DNA from: Amoebophrya sp. A120
Taxonomy: Eukaryota; Protista; Dinoflagellata
Length of the DNA stretch: 64,000 nt
Assembly: GCA_905178155.1 (NCBI GenBank)
Contig: CAJINV010000010.1
Span: forward strand, 1,881,182-1,945,181
Direction of reading: 5' to 3'
Positions 63,401-64,000 of the stretch are shown one piece after another. The notes beneath the pieces were generated by a model. The model did not search any database, was not told where the DNA came from, and saw only the letters and a list, made by a program, of their open reading frames with translations. Position 1 is the stretch's first letter. The number at the start of each line of letters is the position of its first letter. Both the position numbers and the translations under genes were made by a program.

Positions 63401-64000
63401 ATGAATGAGAACTCGTCCTACTAGGTCCCTGCTACGATATGAATGCTGTGCCCTGGATTTCCCTTGTTACGAGCGCCGCCACGCTTGCCCCTGCGATTCC
63501 CTCATGACAAAGGCAACGACGAGGATCAGGTAATTCCAACCGACGTCACAATCTGAAATTCTTCTACTTAGAATTAGAAAGATAGTCGACGTAATACTGA
63601 AATATAATTTTGCCTCGAAATTGTAGATGAGGCCCCTGCGCTTGTCCATGCGCTAGTGTGTGGCACTCCAGGTAACAGTTGTATTCAGAGCGCTCTATTC
63701 TTAGCTGATCTTCAGATGTAACGGCTATTCTTCAATAGACGTCAAGGGGAACAGCAACGCGCCTGGGATTTGAATTTCTCGGACTTTGTGGTCATGGACC
63801 TGTAGTCCGCGACAGTAAATAGTACTTTCTTACAGTGCGAGCACTCAAGTTCGATCGTCTCAAGCAGATGAAGGTGCAGAATACAAATCCAGCAGTTGGT
63901 GCAGTAAGGGAAACAGAACACAGACATACTGGATTGTGTGCGCATGCGCTTTTCTTTTCATCATCTCAAACTCTGTTCGCGAATTCTCTCCAGCCATTGC

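Noticed and set aside
60500-64000. Short ORFs (61090-61377, 62930-63181, Cys-rich 63742-63945) as a gene or retroelement relic
   Set aside because: No recognisable motif or consistent splice model; cannot be supported without a homology search.
1-64000. rRNA, tRNA, snRNA, dinoflagellate spliced-leader relics or a transposase gene
   Set aside because: None was recognised by eye; Rfam, tRNAscan and HMM scans would be needed to exclude them.

Overview
Eukaryotic, alveolate-like genomic window. Its architecture matches what is published for the parasitic dinoflagellate Amoebophrya; this is an inference, not an identification. Nine protein-coding loci all lie on the minus strand: a ZC2HC1/FAM164-like zinc-finger protein, an unknown protein, a CCR4/nocturnin/PDE12-type EEP hydrolase, a tail-anchored coiled-coil protein plus a partial tandem duplicate, FAD synthase, multidomain acetyl-CoA carboxylase, a MUL1/SP1-like GIDE protein and a cyclophilin. 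About 80 (manual count) MITE-like elements of 110-320 bp, from at least 12 sequence families (my labels A-M), interrupt these genes. They share 5'-TAT...ATA-3' termini, terminal inverted repeats (TIRs), a 5-bp target-site duplication (TSD) and many copies of an internal TTGTNATGC/GCATNACAA motif. Removing an element plus one TSD copy restores conserved protein motifs exactly; this works in either orientation and, at the junction examined in every register, without GT-AG ends. They therefore behave as non-canonical introner introns. A tandem duplication at 24.3-27.8 kb shows filled versus empty sites directly. Mismatches between the two TSD copies are mostly synonymous, hinting that either copy can be retained. 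Larger foldback/TIR elements and GC-rich islands lie between genes. No transposase was found. Coordinates were read by eye, and gene starts are approximate.
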